Source: Eledone cirrhosa (lineage: Eukaryota). From it: 64,000 nt of DNA. The stretch lies in NCBI GenBank assembly GCA_964016885.1, contig OZ024744.1:102300001-102364000 (forward strand). Reading direction: 5' to 3'. Positions within the stretch are counted from its first letter, which is position 1; each line of letters opens with the position of its first letter. The notes beneath the pieces were generated by a model. The model saw only the letters and a program-made list of their open reading frames with translations, did no database searches and was not told where the DNA came from. The translations under genes and the position numbers were made by a program. Shown here in pieces: positions 60,606-64,000 of the stretch.

Positions 60606-61595
60606 TATACTAGCTCCATCTATTGCCCAGATGGTTCTATAGAAATAGTGGACACTTTCCGTTACCAGCAGTGCTGGAGGGTGTTCTGAAAATACAGTAA
60701 GCAGTCAGAACTGGTTGGAAAAAGTACCGCTGTTGGCCACAAAAGGTTTCTCTCTAAAAATGAAAGGCAGATTGTATGATGCCTGTATACGAACAGCAAT
60801 GCTACATGGCAGTGAGACATGGGCATTACGTGCAGAGGACCTGTGCAGATTGAAAGGAACGAAGCATGCATGCTCCGTTGGATGTGTAATAGTTCATTTA
60901 TGCCTTGCCGTTCACGTATATTACTAAGTGGGAAATTAGGAATAAGAGGGATCAGATGCTGTTTACTTGAGAGAAGACTACGTTGGTATGGTCACGTGAT
61001 GCGCATGAAAGACAACAGCTGTATAAAAAAGTGCAGTGCGATCAAAATTGATGGTAGTTACGGAGTAGGTAGACCCAGAAAAACCTGGGACGATCTGATA
61101 AATTCCGACCTTACAGACTTACACCTCTCCAAGACAATGTCACTGGACTGAGATCTTTGGCGCTACGCAGTTATACAGAAGACCCACCTTGCCTATGTAT
61201 AAAGCGGAACCTACAGTCAGTAGGCACCTCTTAACCAAATATACACCCCAATCCACTACCCCCTACCCTATGCTCCCACCAACACCACTCTCTCTGTAAA
61301 GTTGGTACCACAACATCCAGTCCAAATAAATGAAATAATCGAGATCGTGTAGGCGTCACGACAAAAAAACACAGTCCTCGCTGTAATGTGGTCGTGTAAG
61401 TAACATGGTAAAAAGTTTCCAGTTCCACACTGTAAATGTGGTTGGAATTTGGAAGGGCATCCAGCTGTAGAAAACCTTCCAGATAGTCCTATATGAGCGA
61501 GACACGGTCACCCGACCAACCTTGCCTCAAGTGGGACAACTCCCGTCTAACCCATGCTAGCGTGGAAGATGGACGTTAAACGAAGATGATGATGA
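60605..61595 (+). mobile_element. RTE subfamily B 3' fragment
   Basis: [20 protein letters not shown]...[14 protein letters not shown] + 3'UTR + (GAT)n. Confidence 0.92.
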
Positions 61596-61681
61596 TATGG
61601 TCTGTATACTATATATAGACAAATATATGGTCAGTATATTAGAAATATATAGACAAATAACCCATTTGTTAACTGAATATA

Positions 61682-62455
61682 TCTAATATATATTTGTGAA
61701 ATGGGTGGTGGTTGAAATTCAGATGTGCACGGTTAAGTAGATGTGGTCGGACGAACATGAAAATTTACACACCTCTAACTTGAAAAATGTGGTCCCTAGG
61801 GCCCCCAAACGGGTCTATTTACTATTGCATTCGGTGAGTTATTTCCCCCTGTTCTAATACTTGGCTGAGTTATTTACAATTTCATACACATTTTTAAATC
61901 ATCAACCTTCTTTCGCTGTTAATATACAGTACCAATAATTTGAAAAATATTATTGAAAGTTTATTATAAAGAAGCAGATTCAGGAAAAAGTGTAAACTAT
62001 CTTACAAACCTTCATAATATGCATTTTAAAACTTGCATATCATCGACATTGCTATTTCGCTGTTAATAAACTATCATCCTTCTACATTTAACGACAATAC
62101 AGTACCGTTTTATGAAATCGATTCTGCAGTACGGTCACTGTTTTCCATCAAAAGAAATAAAACCCTTAAATTGTGAAGAAGGGACGCGTGTTTTTATTTT
62201 AATTCTAATACATGTTAACCACCACTAACAGTAAGTAGTATTTTTCAAATTGCATATCATCGACATTGCTATTTCGCTGTTAATAAACAACGCTTTTCAC
62301 GTCGCTCCACTTCTCATTGTACGCCGTCCAGCCCCAAGTGCATATTTCTATTTCTTTCCCTGAAACTGCTTCTTTATAATAAACTTTCAATAATATTTTT
62401 CAAATTATTAACTTAATAAAAAGTGGCCCCGGGTGCAACCGGGCTCAGCTGCTAG
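61682..62455 (+). mobile_element. Non-autonomous Helitron
   Basis: A|TC 5' end, subterminal hairpin GCCCCGG-GTGCAA-CCGGGC, CTAG|T 3' end, no TSD. Confidence 0.8.
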
Positions 62456-62520
62456 TATATATATATATATATATATGGTCAATATAGTATATATAGACAA
62501 ATATCTGGTCAGTATAGTAC

Positions 62521-64000
62521 AAAATATAATTTAGAGATATATCAGATGAAAGAATGGTATTTAACTAATGTATTGGTAAGCGATGGGGCTCACCCACAGC
62601 CCCGGCGGACAGAATGGAGAAGGCGTTTCCCCGGAGGACAGCAAGGGAGACGCGCTGGAAAAGCCACTCCAACTCGCGGGGCTCACACCTGCGGCTGGCC
62701 AGCTCAGCGCCTATGGTGGTGAGTAAGGAGGTAGCCCTGGGGCTGAGGACACCAGAAGTTTCCACTGCCAGGGGTACGACCGCAAACCTGTCGGAGAGCG
62801 ACCGGTATTTGAGGAGTTTGGCCCCCTCAGCCCGACATGCAGCAGAACCTGGGTCAGTTGCAGACTGCACCAGGTTGCGGCTGCAGAAAGTGTCGGTGCA
62901 AGTGGCATCCCAGACGAGGGGTTTGCCACCGCGGAACGGGAAGATGGTCATGCCATCTGGCCTTTTGCCGTCCCCTCGATCCAGCCCCACTGGCTCGAGC
63001 TGGGAAGGGAAGCCTGCAACGTCCAAGCCATGCTTAATGACCTCGTTGAGGGCAGCATGGCGTGGAATGCGGCCGGCACTGTGGCGACAGGAAAGTGGGT
63101 GGAGGCCGAAAGAGTCCACGGTGGAACCGCAGCGACATTGGTGTGGCTGGCAGATCCGGAGGCCGAGCCTCGGGGAAACGCCGATTCGCAGGCTATGGTT
63201 GTCTAGCTGCGTGCCAGTGGAGAAGGAGGGCAGGGCATGGAGCCAGACACCACTGGGGCTTGGAGGCCGTACAAAAGCAAGCAAGGCGGTGTTGGTCGAG
63301 CTGGCGCGTTAGCCTGTCTGAGGCCAAGCTGCACTGGATGGCATCCCAAGTGCGTTGGGAGGACATCCTCTTTGGGGGTCACCTGAACCTGGCGGAGAAT
63401 GGACCGCAGGTCCAAGACGGAGGCTGCAAAGCTCGCATCATCGAGGCTGACGTTCACCACCTCCAAGTTGACCTGGAGGCCGATTCCCGCCAGGGCAGGA
63501 ATCACCGATTGAAGGTCATGGTAGACCGGCCGTATGGGCCCACCTAACGTAGCATCATCCAGATACCAAACGTTGAGAGGGGCCGTGATACTCCGGGCGA
63601 TGTGGTCAATACCAAGGGCAAGCAGGAGGGGTCCCAAAGGGTCGCCCTGTTGGACCCCAGTAGCCGAGGGTAAGACCGTATCAGCAGCTAGGAGCATGCT
63701 CGGGGCTCCATATGACAGGTAGGCAGAGGGAGTTCGGCTGAGGCAGGCCTCGAGCAGATGATCCTGGCTTAAAGAGTTAAAGGCATTCCTCATGTCAAGC
63801 TTGACAATGAGGTGCCTGGAGTCTTTGGATGCCGGTACCGATGGGCAGCTGCTGAAGAACTGCCTGGTTGCATGAGCGGCTCCCTCACAGCCACCGGACA
63901 CGCCGACTCCTAGTTGCACCGGACTAAACTCCTCACCCAGTTCGTGTGACAGACTTGCAGATCACCTTGGCAGCCAGCCTCCGGTAGACATTGCCAACAG
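62521..64000 (-). mobile_element. CRE-like non-LTR retrotransposon (RT + zinc knuckle + restriction-like endonuclease), partial, GC-rich
   Basis: QLGVG..GGCE, KLDMRNAFN, GVQQGDPLGP, WYLDD; CRC..HPLSC, RHAALN, RPDG, WDATC, KY, AVETSG. Confidence 0.9.

Noticed and set aside
62565-64000. Bacterial contamination or a group II intron, given the high GC content
   Set aside because: Zinc knuckle plus RPDG/WD/KY/AVET motifs define a eukaryotic RLE non-LTR element, contiguous with host repeats
49273-64000. Further GLYR1 exons (expected xGGRFLEAPV segment)
   Set aside because: No such coding sequence found; the gene continues beyond the window

Overview
Eukaryotic, AT-rich, extremely repeat-dense genomic DNA. 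The (TA)n/(TACA)n arrays, RTE LINEs with (GAT)n tails and tRNA-derived SINEs suggest a coleoid cephalopod, probably an octopod (inference). Almost the whole window is one + strand gene, a GLYR1/NPAC (NP60) orthologue with an N-terminal PWWP domain, a basic linker and a beta-hydroxyacid-dehydrogenase-like Rossmann domain. I reconstructed 11 GT-AG exons from 1934 to 49272 (1278 nt, 426 codons, frame-consistent), including a 21-nt microexon, plus one further candidate 42-nt exon. The 3' exons lie beyond the window. The introns hold three RTE LINE subfamilies, a CR1-like LINE, a GC-rich CRE-like element with a restriction-like endonuclease, two SINE families, piggyBac elements with MITEs, a fold-back mariner, a Helitron, a hammerhead-ribozyme motif and several mini- and microsatellite arrays. 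The long Y/I/M/H-rich ORFs in the supplied track are repeat artefacts. Most notable: (1) two RTE copies share an endonuclease/RT split with an ATGA stop-start overlap, and the RTEs carry a PHD-type finger after the RT core; (2) a ~13-kb minisatellite domain is mostly bracketed by a 27-bp direct repeat and abuts the 3' end of the CRE-like element; (3) a ~600-bp bipartite RTE-derived element has a ribozyme-like 5' end; (4) a 31-bp array is built from a repeat also found just upstream of the full-length LINE; (5) inverted LINE copies enclose phase-0 exons, a possible dsRNA/circRNA configuration.
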